From: Syntrophales bacterium | Lineage (GTDB): Bacteria; Desulfobacterota; Syntrophia; Syntrophales; PHBD01 | Direction: 5' to 3' | Assembly: GCA_963668175.1 (NCBI GenBank) | Contig: OY764159.1 | Span: 3,845,652-3,909,651 of the forward strand | DNA: 64,000 nucleotides | Shown: in pieces, positions 56,391-64,000 of the stretch | Layout: each line of letters opens with the position of its first letter | Position numbering within the stretch: position 1 is the stretch's first letter | Position numbers and translations under genes: made by a program | Notes under the pieces: generated by a model | What the model was told of the DNA's origin: nothing | The model's database searches: none | What the model saw: only the letters and a program-made list of their open reading frames with translations

Positions 56391-57266
56391 ATGAGATCTC
56401 TCGACTTCGGCCTGCGCGAAGACGCCGCAAAGAACATGAGTCCGGAAATATCGCTGGAGATGTACAGAAACATCTGCCGGTGCCGGTTCTTCGACGAGGC
56501 AGTCATCAAGGCCGTCCGGGACGGCCGCATAACCTATCAGGTATACCTCTCGCGAGGACAGGAGGCGGTCGCCGCAGGCCTCGCTTCCGCCGTTGCCGGC
56601 TCCATGCTGTTCACACAGCACCGCTGCCATGCCTACTATCTTGCGTTCGGCGGACGGCCGGAGAGGCTCCGCGACGAACTGCTGGGGCGACCCGGCGGGA
56701 CAAGCAGCGGCCGGGCCGGCTCGAACTGCATTCAGTGCCACGATGAAAACCTTGTCATGTTCGGTCATCACGGTCTGATCGGTGAAAACGTCCCGCAGGC
56801 GGTCGGAGCGGCCCTCGGCAGCGGCAGAAATACGCTTTGCATTGTCGGCGACGGTGCAGCGGAAGAGGACTACGTCTACCCTTCTCTCGGTTTCGCCGTC
56901 ACCCATCGCCTGCCGGTTCTTTTTATCTGCGACGACAACGACCTGTCGATCCTGACGCCGATCAGCGTACGGCGATCATGGAAGATTACCGATGTCGCCA
57001 GGGGCCTCGGCATGCCTGCCGTCGATATCGCCGACGATCCCTGGACGGTCCGGTCCGTCGCCCGAGAGTTGAGCACGTCCCTTCCGGCCCTGATGAACAT
57101 CTATACCTGCCGCATGAACTGGCATGTCGGTGTCGGAATCGACGGCCCTCCCGAATGGGACCGCCTTTCCCTCGTTACGCAAAAACTGGCGGACTTGGGG
57201 CTTTCGGCCCCGGCAGAATGCATTCGCAAGGAAGAGCAAACCGCCATGGAGAAGCTATGGGCCTGA
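56391..57266 (+). CDS. thiamine-diphosphate-dependent dehydrogenase E1 alpha-like subunit
   Basis: 291 aa with the ThDP-binding motif GDGAAEED...LPVLFICDDND. Confidence 0.8.
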   Translation: MRSLDFGLREDAAKNMSPEISLEMYRNICRCRFFDEAVIKAVRDGRITYQVYLSRGQEAVAAGLASAVAGSMLFTQHRCHAYYLAFGGRPERLRDELLGRPGGTSSGRAGSNCIQCHDENLVMFGHHGLIGENVPQAVGAALGSGRNTLCIVGDGAAEEDYVYPSLGFAVTHRLPVLFICDDNDLSILTPISVRRSWKITDVARGLGMPAVDIADDPWTVRSVARELSTSLPALMNIYTCRMNWHVGVGIDGPPEWDRLSLVTQKLADLGLSAPAECIRKEEQTAMEKLWA

Positions 57267-58156
57267 CCGTAGCGGATACGATCCGGGAAATCAGCAGGCG
57301 GCATCTCGAAGAGAACAACGGCCTTCTGCTCGGCCAAGCGATTACGGCCGTCGGCTGGATCAACAACACGGTCCCCGATTGCCGGAACATCGTCGAACTG
57401 CCCATGACCGACGTCGCTGGCGCCGGCATCGCCGTCGGTGCAGCCATGGTCGGCAGGCGGCCCATATTTGTCATCAGGTTCCAGGATTTTCTCATACTGA
57501 ACGGCAGCCCGCTTATCTTTTACGCCGCCAAATCGAAGGAACTCCACGGGAGAAGCACCCCCATTTTCGTCCGGGCGATTGCAACCGACGGGATCGGGCC
57601 CGTTCATTCGGGCGTCTTGCACAGCGTCTTCATGCATTTTCCGGGTTTCCGGATCTGTTCGCCCATGACGCCCGGCGAATATCGAACTATCTGGGACGAC
57701 TTTATGGCCCATGACGATCCCATGATCGTGAGCGAACATCGAGCGAGTTTTGCCAATACCCGCGAACTCGCCGACATTGTCCACGACGATGCCGTCGTGA
57801 CCCTTTACCCCATCTCGGCGACCCGATTCGCAGCGGAGGAAGCGGCAGCGCAGCTTTTATCCGTGGGAATCAAATGCAACGTCCTGCACATCCTGTGGCT
57901 GAAACCCTTTACTGCTGACCGGAGACTGATCGAGCCCCTGCGCTCGTCCCGCCGCGGCATCGTGATCGACGCGGGACATGAAATCGCCGGCGCTTCCCGG
58001 TCTATCGCCTACGAACTGACACAGGCGACGGGAATTCCCGTTGCGGCCCTGGGACTTGAGGACAAAACGAAATGCCTGTGTCCGCCCCTGAAAAACGAAA
58101 CCCCCACGGCAGAGCGGATCGTGACGGCCGTGCGGACACTCCTCAGGACGGCTTAG
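57257..58156 (+). CDS. E1 beta / transketolase pyrimidine-binding + C-terminal domain subunit
   Basis: The real start is MGLTVADTIREI at 57257, inside the longer track ORF 56837..58156. It overlaps the alpha-subunit stop by 10 nt. The sequence pattern ELPMTDVAGAGIAVGAAMVGRRP is typical of the beta subunit. Confidence 0.8.
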   Translation: MGLTVADTIREISRRHLEENNGLLLGQAITAVGWINNTVPDCRNIVELPMTDVAGAGIAVGAAMVGRRPIFVIRFQDFLILNGSPLIFYAAKSKELHGRSTPIFVRAIATDGIGPVHSGVLHSVFMHFPGFRICSPMTPGEYRTIWDDFMAHDDPMIVSEHRASFANTRELADIVHDDAVVTLYPISATRFAAEEAAAQLLSVGIKCNVLHILWLKPFTADRRLIEPLRSSRRGIVIDAGHEIAGASRSIAYELTQATGIPVAALGLEDKTKCLCPPLKNETPTAERIVTAVRTLLRTA

Positions 58157-58162
58157 AATATT

Positions 58163-58846
58163 ATGCCGGAATACGATAAGGGCATCGTCAGCAAGCCTTG
58201 GGGTTACGAATATCTCATGTACCAGAGCGACCGGATCGGCATCTGGTTCCTGCACATCGCGGCAGGGCGGAAGACCTCTCTTCATTGTCATCCCGCCAAG
58301 AAGACGGGCTATATCCTCCTGTCGGGAGAAGCAGAAGTATCGTTTTTGAATGACGCCACCCGCCTCAAGGCGATCAGCAAACTGATGATCCGGGAGGGTT
58401 TGTTTCACTCGACGAAGGCCCTGTCTCCGGAAGGCGTGTCCGTCATCGAGGTGGAAAGCCCGCCGGACAAGACCAATCTCGTGCGGCTGGACGACGCCTA
58501 TGGACGCAAGGAAGAACCCTACGAGGGCCTCGATTCGGTCGTACCCATGACAGATGAATGCATCATGTTTACGGCACCAGAACTTGACCGGCCGCTCGTC
58601 TATCAAATTGCAGGCGTTACCATGGTCATCGAACGCCGCAATGATCTTGCGGCATTGCGGACGCGCCCTTCGGGGGAAGTCATCCTGGTCCTTGACGGCG
58701 GCCTGGTGAGCAAGAACAATGATCCTATTCTGAGTTCGGGTGACGTGGTCACGATCAGCACATTTTCCTATCTGGCCGACACATTCGCTTCGCCGCAAGG
58801 TATGTCGTTCATATCGTTCCGCCGGGAGCAGAATCAAGATGCGTAG
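58163..58846 (+). CDS. cupin-domain protein (phosphomannose-isomerase-type/sugar ketoisomerase-like barrel)
   Basis: 227 aa with KPWGYEYLM...SLHCHPAKKTGYILLSGEAEV, a His-containing cupin motif. Confidence 0.7.
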   Translation: MPEYDKGIVSKPWGYEYLMYQSDRIGIWFLHIAAGRKTSLHCHPAKKTGYILLSGEAEVSFLNDATRLKAISKLMIREGLFHSTKALSPEGVSVIEVESPPDKTNLVRLDDAYGRKEEPYEGLDSVVPMTDECIMFTAPELDRPLVYQIAGVTMVIERRNDLAALRTRPSGEVILVLDGGLVSKNNDPILSSGDVVTISTFSYLADTFASPQGMSFISFRREQNQDA

Positions 58847-60806
58847 TGTGCCGGCGTCCGGTTCTCCATGGCGCGTAGGACTTGTCCAGATCAACAACAG
58901 TTTTGCCGGCGCCTGTTATCTGCCGTATGCCGTAAGTCTTCTGCAGGCCCACTTTCAGCTTCATTCGGGGAAAGCCGGCGCCTTCTCATTCCTCTTGCCG
59001 ATTTATCGACGAATACCCGTGGATGACGCGATCCGGCACCTGGCCGGGGCCGACATCGTCGCCATCAGCGTTTCGTCCTGGAACTTCAGGGCGTCGCTGG
59101 AAATCGCCAGGCGCCATAAGGAAATTCATCCCCAGGCGTTGATCATGCTGGGCGGCCCGCACATCCCCGGCAACGCGGAACCGTTGCTCAGGGCCCATCC
59201 GTGGGTCGATCTTGTCTGTCACGGCGAAGGAGAGATCCCGTTTCTCAGGATATTGGATGCCTGGCCGGAACGCCAATGGGACGACATCCCTTCCATCAGT
59301 TATCTCGAAGGGGAGCGATTCGTCAGCCGGCCGGACGAGTCCCGCATCGCCGAACTGGATTCCGTGCCGTCGCCGTACCTCGCGGGCACATTCGAGCCGT
59401 TGCTGAGGGAAGATCGAGGGCACCAGTGGCTGGCCCTTTGGGAGACCAATCGCGGCTGTCCCTTCTCCTGCTCTTACTGCGATTGGGGGGCCGCGACGCG
59501 ATCGAAGTTGTATTGTTTCGGTCTGGAGCGGCTCAAGAAGGAAATCGGCTGGTTCGCCGAGCACCGGATCGAGTTTATCTTCTGTTGCGACGCCAATTTC
59601 GGCATCCTGCCGCGGGACCTCGACATTGTCAAAGCCGTGGCCGACGCGAAGAAGACGTCCGGATTTCCCCAGGCCCTGTCGGTGCAGAACACCAAAGACT
59701 CGGACCGTTCGTTCGAAATTCAGAAAGCCCTGGCCGAAGCGGGACTCAGCAAGGGGGTCAACCTGGCCATGCAGTCGATGCATCCGGAAACACTGGCCCT
59801 GATCGGCCGCCGCAACATCTCCCCGGACGTCTTTCAGGACCTGCAACAGCGGTACAACCGGGACCGGATCGAGACGTTCACGGACATCATCATCGGGCTG
59901 CCCGGGGAAACCTACACTTCCTTCACCTCGGGGGTCGAAAAGATCATCGGCAACGGCCAGCACAACAGGATCCAGTTCATCAATCTTTCCATTCTGCCCA
60001 ATGCCCCCATGGCCGACCCGGCGTACCGGCAGATGCATGGCCTCATCTCGGCGGTATCGAAGATCATCAACATTCACGGAGCCCCTGCCGACTACGGCGA
60101 CGGCATTTCCGAGACGCAGGAACTGGTGGTGGGAAGCAACGCCATGCCGAAGGAGGATTGGCGGCGGGCCAGGGTCTTCGCCTGGATGACATCCCTTCTC
60201 TACTTCGATAAAATCCTCCAGATTCCGATGATGCTCCTGAAGGCCGAGACGGGTATCGATTGCGCCAGACAGATTGAAGCGTTCATGGATCTGCCCGCAG
60301 GAAAATTTCCCCTGCTGGAGGAACTGGCCCGGTTCTTCCGGGACGAGGCGGCGGCCATACAGGAGGGCGCGCCCGAGTTCTTCCATGCCCCCGACCGCTT
60401 GGGCATATACTGGCCTCACGACGAATATGCCTATATCCGTCTGAGCACCGAAGGTAAACTGGAGGCCTTCTACAGAGAGGCCCGCCAGCGGATGGCGGAA
60501 CTGGCCGTGAGCGAAGGACACCCATGCCCGCCCTGGCTTCCTGATGCCATCCGCCTTAACGGTATGTTGCTCAAACAGCCCTTTCACAGAGACGATATCA
60601 CATTCCGATCCCAGTACGATCTCCTAGGCACCTGCGACACAATCCGCCGCACGGGCGGAGGCCGTCTTATACCGGGACCGGCTTCCTACGTGGTGAACCG
60701 TTCCTCCGAGCGATGGCAGGGATGGGAGGAATGGTCGCGCGAAGTCGTCTGGTACGGCAACAAGCGGGGGGCCTACCTCTATCATTTTTCCCGAGGGGAG
60801 CAATAG
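58839..60806 (+). CDS. cobalamin-binding-domain radical SAM enzyme, copy 2 (long form, 655 aa)
   Basis: The real start is MRSVPASGSPWRVGLVQINN at 58839, inside track ORF 58740..60806, with an 8-nt overlap on the cupin stop. Has a B12-binding-like N-terminus (IVAISVSSWN...LGGPH), the cluster motif GCPFSCSYC, and about 160 aa of extra C-terminal sequence relative to copies 1 and 3. Confidence 0.8.
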   Translation: MRSVPASGSPWRVGLVQINNSFAGACYLPYAVSLLQAHFQLHSGKAGAFSFLLPIYRRIPVDDAIRHLAGADIVAISVSSWNFRASLEIARRHKEIHPQALIMLGGPHIPGNAEPLLRAHPWVDLVCHGEGEIPFLRILDAWPERQWDDIPSISYLEGERFVSRPDESRIAELDSVPSPYLAGTFEPLLREDRGHQWLALWETNRGCPFSCSYCDWGAATRSKLYCFGLERLKKEIGWFAEHRIEFIFCCDANFGILPRDLDIVKAVADAKKTSGFPQALSVQNTKDSDRSFEIQKALAEAGLSKGVNLAMQSMHPETLALIGRRNISPDVFQDLQQRYNRDRIETFTDIIIGLPGETYTSFTSGVEKIIGNGQHNRIQFINLSILPNAPMADPAYRQMHGLISAVSKIINIHGAPADYGDGISETQELVVGSNAMPKEDWRRARVFAWMTSLLYFDKILQIPMMLLKAETGIDCARQIEAFMDLPAGKFPLLEELARFFRDEAAAIQEGAPEFFHAPDRLGIYWPHDEYAYIRLSTEGKLEAFYREARQRMAELAVSEGHPCPPWLPDAIRLNGMLLKQPFHRDDITFRSQYDLLGTCDTIRRTGGGRLIPGPASYVVNRSSERWQGWEEWSREVVWYGNKRGAYLYHFSRGEQ

Positions 60807-60810
60807 ACGC

Positions 60811-61773
60811 ATGCGCTGTCGCCCGCTGGGCAGAACGGGTATCCAAGTCTCGGAGATAGGTTTCGGTTCCTGGGGCATCGGAGGGATCGTGCAGGATGCT
60901 ACCGCCTACGGCCTTACCGACGACCGCATCTCGAAGCGGGCATTGGAGGCGGCCTTCGCTGCAGGCGTGACGTTTTACGACACGGCGGCCCTGTATGGCT
61001 ACGGACACAGCGAGGAACTGATCGGCGAAACGCTCCATAAAGTGCGGGACCGTATCGTGATTTCCACCAAAGCGGGTTACGTCAATTTCGGCGGGGCTCA
61101 GGATTTCTCGCCCAAGTATCTGCGTAAATCGCTGGAAGGAAGCCTGAGACGCCTGCAGACCGATTATGTCGACGTCTTCCAGCTCCACGACCCGCCGATC
61201 GATCTTCTGGAGCGGGACGGTTCCATCATGGATGCCATGGAAACTTTGCGCTACGAAAACAAGATCCGCGTCATCGGCATCTCCACACGATCCCCGGCGG
61301 ACAGCCTGGTCGCTGTAAACCGCCTGGGATTCCAATCCATCCAGGTCAATTTCAACCTGGTGGACCAACGGGCGTTAGAGATAGGCCTGTATCCCGCCTG
61401 CCGGGAGCAAGGCGCGGGCATCATCGTCAGGACCCCTTTGTGCTTCGGCTTCCTGACAGGAAAGTATAGCGCCGGGGACAACTATGACGAAGGGGATCAT
61501 CGCAGCCGCTGGAAGCCCGAGCAGATCAGTCTATGGGCCGAGGCCAACAAACTTTTTCAAACGGCATTGACTGATCGGGAGGGACAGAACAACGTGCACG
61601 TCGCGCTTCGTTACGTTCTGTCCTTCGAGGACGTTTCCACGACGATACCCGGCATGCTGACGGAAGAGCATGTCGCCGAAAACACAATGGCAAGCGATAT
61701 GGGCCCACTGCCCCCCTCCGTCCTTGCCGCATTTGCGGACATTTACCGTAATCACAGTTTCTTTTGCCGATGA
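60811..61773 (+). CDS. aldo/keto reductase
   Basis: 320 aa with the typical N-terminus MRCRPLGRTGIQVSEIGFGSWG, FYDTAALYGYGHSE and YVDVFQLH. Confidence 0.9.
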   Translation: MRCRPLGRTGIQVSEIGFGSWGIGGIVQDATAYGLTDDRISKRALEAAFAAGVTFYDTAALYGYGHSEELIGETLHKVRDRIVISTKAGYVNFGGAQDFSPKYLRKSLEGSLRRLQTDYVDVFQLHDPPIDLLERDGSIMDAMETLRYENKIRVIGISTRSPADSLVAVNRLGFQSIQVNFNLVDQRALEIGLYPACREQGAGIIVRTPLCFGFLTGKYSAGDNYDEGDHRSRWKPEQISLWAEANKLFQTALTDREGQNNVHVALRYVLSFEDVSTTIPGMLTEEHVAENTMASDMGPLPPSVLAAFADIYRNHSFFCR

Positions 61774-61836
61774 CGGACACAGGCAGGGACATCACCCGGG
61801 AAGGCCAAAAGAAATCGAATCAAAGGGAGAAAGTCC

Positions 61837-63327
61837 ATGAAATCTCTTTTACTGATTAACCCGCCCAATTCCGACCAGATACGCTCCCCCGGCTACTATT
61901 TGCTGCCCCTCGCTCTCCTGTATCTGGCCGGCTCTGCGAGGGAAGTGGCAGATGTTACGATCCTGGACCTGAATGTTGCAAAAAGTAAATTCTTCCGTTC
62001 GAAGAAGGAAGGGACATTTTCCTATACGGGCGCAGTGGAGGAGGAAATAGTCAGGCTCAGACCCGATTTCGTCGGCATAACCTGCCTTTTTTCGGCCCAG
62101 TTCGATATGATGATGCAAATCGCCGACGCCGTCAAGAGGGCCAACCCATCCTCGACCGTCATCCTCGGGGGCATGCATCCGACAATTTTCCCGCATGAAA
62201 TCCTGTCCAACTGTCCCAGCGTCGATGCCGTCGTCATCGGCGAAGGGGAAATCACTCTGAAGCAAATGCTCTCGCTCGACGGGGATCACTGGAATCGGAT
62301 CGGCGGGCTTGCCTTCAGAAACAGCAAGAATGAAATCATCATCAACGAAAAAAAAGATTTCATCGAGGACCTCGACGCACTGGCGCCGGCAGCATACGAC
62401 CTGTTCAACTTCGAGGACTACATGCTCGATTCCAGCGGATGGTACAACCCCAAGAAACTGTCCATCGGAACGTCTGCACCGATTCTGACGAGCAGGAGCT
62501 GCCCCTTCAAATGCAGTTTCTGCGGGATGAACCTGGTCATGGGAACCCGTTTCCGGTCGCGAAGCGCCGAGGAAGTCTTCAAGGAAATCGAATATCTCTA
62601 TTCCGTCCACAACGTCCGATACTTCAACATTATGGACGACAATTTTACCCTCGATAAGAAGAGGATCAAGAAAATCTGCCGGTACATCATCGACAACAAG
62701 CTCGATATCTCCTTCGATATGCCGAACGGCATCATGACGGCGACCCTTGACGACGACGTTATCGATGCCCTGGCCGAGGCCGGTTTTGCCTATTGCTTCC
62801 TTGCCATTGAGAGCGGTTCTGATTACATAAGAAACACCGTCATGCATAAACAGCTTTCAAAGGAAACGATCTTCCGCGTCGTCAATTCTTTCCGGAGACA
62901 TCCCGAAGTCCACCTGGCCGCCTTTTTCCTTATGGGCATGCCGGAGGAAACAAAAGAAACGCTGGACGAAACCTACGACCTGATAGAAGCCCTGGATATC
63001 GATTCATTCAAAATGTCCGTGGCGACACCGTTTCCCGGAACCAAGCTTTTCAATCAGTGTCTGAAGGACGACCTGTTTCTCATAGACAAGAAAAAACTCG
63101 GTTCCCTCTGGCGGGACATCAACTGGTACCAGCGAATTCTCAACGTCGACCCGCCTTTTTTCTTCAAGCCCTATGCCGTGGATATTCCGACCCTGGAAGA
63201 ATATGTCCATAAATTTGAAGCTATCAGGCATCAGAAGCATCTGATCACCGTAAGCAAAGGAAGGCAGACCCTGAGCGTAACCCAGGCCGTGGCCGACTAC
63301 CGGCGGAGCAACCCCGGCGCCCCATGA
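61837..63327 (+). CDS. cobalamin-binding-domain radical SAM enzyme, copy 3
   Basis: 496 aa with LLLINPP...VGITCLF...LGGMHPT (B12-binding-like) and the cluster motif SCPFKCSFC. RBS AAGGGAGA. Confidence 0.85.
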   Translation: MKSLLLINPPNSDQIRSPGYYLLPLALLYLAGSAREVADVTILDLNVAKSKFFRSKKEGTFSYTGAVEEEIVRLRPDFVGITCLFSAQFDMMMQIADAVKRANPSSTVILGGMHPTIFPHEILSNCPSVDAVVIGEGEITLKQMLSLDGDHWNRIGGLAFRNSKNEIIINEKKDFIEDLDALAPAAYDLFNFEDYMLDSSGWYNPKKLSIGTSAPILTSRSCPFKCSFCGMNLVMGTRFRSRSAEEVFKEIEYLYSVHNVRYFNIMDDNFTLDKKRIKKICRYIIDNKLDISFDMPNGIMTATLDDDVIDALAEAGFAYCFLAIESGSDYIRNTVMHKQLSKETIFRVVNSFRRHPEVHLAAFFLMGMPEETKETLDETYDLIEALDIDSFKMSVATPFPGTKLFNQCLKDDLFLIDKKKLGSLWRDINWYQRILNVDPPFFFKPYAVDIPTLEEYVHKFEAIRHQKHLITVSKGRQTLSVTQAVADYRRSNPGAP

Positions 63328-64000
63328 CGATGGAAAAGCAAGACCGAATTCAGAACGGCCTAGACCTTTCCTTTCTTCAGGGTAAGCACGTCCTGGTAAC
63401 CGGCGGTACGGGATTCATCGGACGCGGTTTTGTAGAGGCGCTGCTGAATTCCGGGGCCAAAATCAGGATCACGGTCCACGAACAACTCTCTCCGTTCGAC
63501 AGGGACCGCATTGAAACTGTCTACGCCGATCTCACGGAGCAGGAGGATTGTATCGCTGCATGCAGCGGCATGGATGTCGTCATTCATGCCGCGGGCGGTG
63601 TAGGGAACGCCGGTAACATCCGGTCCAATCTGGTTGCGTCCCTGGCGGATAACCTCGTCATGACCGTGAGGATGCTGGAGGCCGCGTCGGAACGCTGCGA
63701 AAAAATTCTTATCTTCTCAAGCGGTACGACCGGATACCCTCCTTACGATTACCCCGTTCGCGAAGAGGACATGTGGACGGGTCCGCCGGCACCGGTGTAC
63801 TTCGGATACGGCTGGATGCGGCGCTATTTCGAACTTTTCGGCGAATATGTCGGTTCCGTTTCCCCTCTTGAAGTCATGGTTTGCAGACCTACGGCTGTGT
63901 ACGGCCGCCACGACCGTTCCGGCCACATCGTCCCGGCACTTGTCCATCGCGCTTTGTCCGGCGAAAACCCGCTGACGGTCTGGGGAAGCGGCAAGGAAGA
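63324..64000 (+). CDS. NAD-dependent epimerase/dehydratase-family SDR; 3' end beyond window
   Basis: Absent from the track because it is open at the window end. ATG at 63324 overlaps the previous stop (ATGA). Translation reads MTMEKQDRIQNGLDLSFLQGKHVLVTGGTGFIGRGFVEALL..., carrying a GxxGxxG Rossmann motif. Confidence 0.8.
   Translation, partial: MTMEKQDRIQNGLDLSFLQGKHVLVTGGTGFIGRGFVEALLNSGAKIRITVHEQLSPFDRDRIETVYADLTEQEDCIAACSGMDVVIHAAGGVGNAGNIRSNLVASLADNLVMTVRMLEAASERCEKILIFSSGTTGYPPYDYPVREEDMWTGPPAPVYFGYGWMRRYFELFGEYVGSVSPLEVMVCRPTAVYGRHDRSGHIVPALVHRALSGENPLTVWGSGKE

Noticed and set aside
55719-62847. Minus-strand ORFs 55719..56906, 57101..57784, 57857..58897, 58986..60587, 60667..61368 and 61849..62847 within the sugar operon
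   Set aside because: All are antisense to plus-strand genes with clear family motifs (DJ-1, E1 alpha/beta, cupin, radical SAM, AKR). Their translations are Arg/Gly/Pro/Asp-rich with no motifs.

Overview
This is a 64 kb chromosomal segment of moderate to high GC. The gene content suggests an anaerobic Desulfobacterota or Syntrophia-like bacterium, but that taxonomy is inference only. I can support about 57 protein-coding genes and one tRNA-Arg(TCT). I recognised no rRNA, CRISPR array, transposase, integrase or phage genes. Many long ORFs in the track are antisense or off-frame shadows of real genes, with Arg/Gly/Pro/His-rich low-complexity translations, and I discarded them. Layout: (1) 1-7.9 kb holds a minus-strand TRAP transporter, a creatininase-family hydrolase, a DUF606 transporter, an FGGY kinase and an SDR, with an AraC regulator. 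(2) 8.2-13.4 kb holds a GAF protein and a crotonase / acyl-CoA dehydrogenase / 4-hydroxybutyryl-CoA-dehydratase-type operon with a GntR regulator; both promoters share an operator-like motif. (3) 13.6-17.2 kb holds an SGNH-like protein, a HAD-IIA hydrolase, the tRNA-Arg and a secreted DUF5648-repeat protein. (4) 17.4-22.2 kb holds dprA-topA-trmFO. (5) 22.3-28.5 kb holds envelope and miscellaneous genes: a lytic transglycosylase, a TPR protein behind a sigma-28-like promoter, a patatin-like protein, a YtxH protein, an M15 peptidase and a hemerythrin-like protein, plus an unexplained 0.6 kb non-coding gap. (6) 28.6-31.6 kb holds an intramembrane-type histidine kinase and OmpR-family regulator, divergent from a Spy/CpxP-like gene and tatA. 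(7) 31.8-34.5 kb holds a membrane-less MgtE sensor-domain protein next to an NRAMP homologue carrying the magnesium-type (NRMT) binding-site substitutions. (8) 34.6-49.8 kb is housekeeping: lptF/G-type permease, ahcY, metK, DUF502, PpsR-like, mfd, two parvulin PPIases and uvrA. (9) 50.5 kb to beyond 64 kb is the most unusual part. After a 0.7 kb AT-rich leader comes a tightly coupled 13-gene plus-strand operon. It combines GDP-sugar enzymes (Gmd-like, Fcl, sugar-1-P nucleotidyltransferase, GHMP kinase) with three cobalamin-binding radical SAM enzymes, a stand-alone ThDP E1 alpha/beta pair, a cupin, an aldo-keto reductase, a DJ-1/PfpI protein and a further SDR. No glycosyltransferase or exporter is visible before the window ends.
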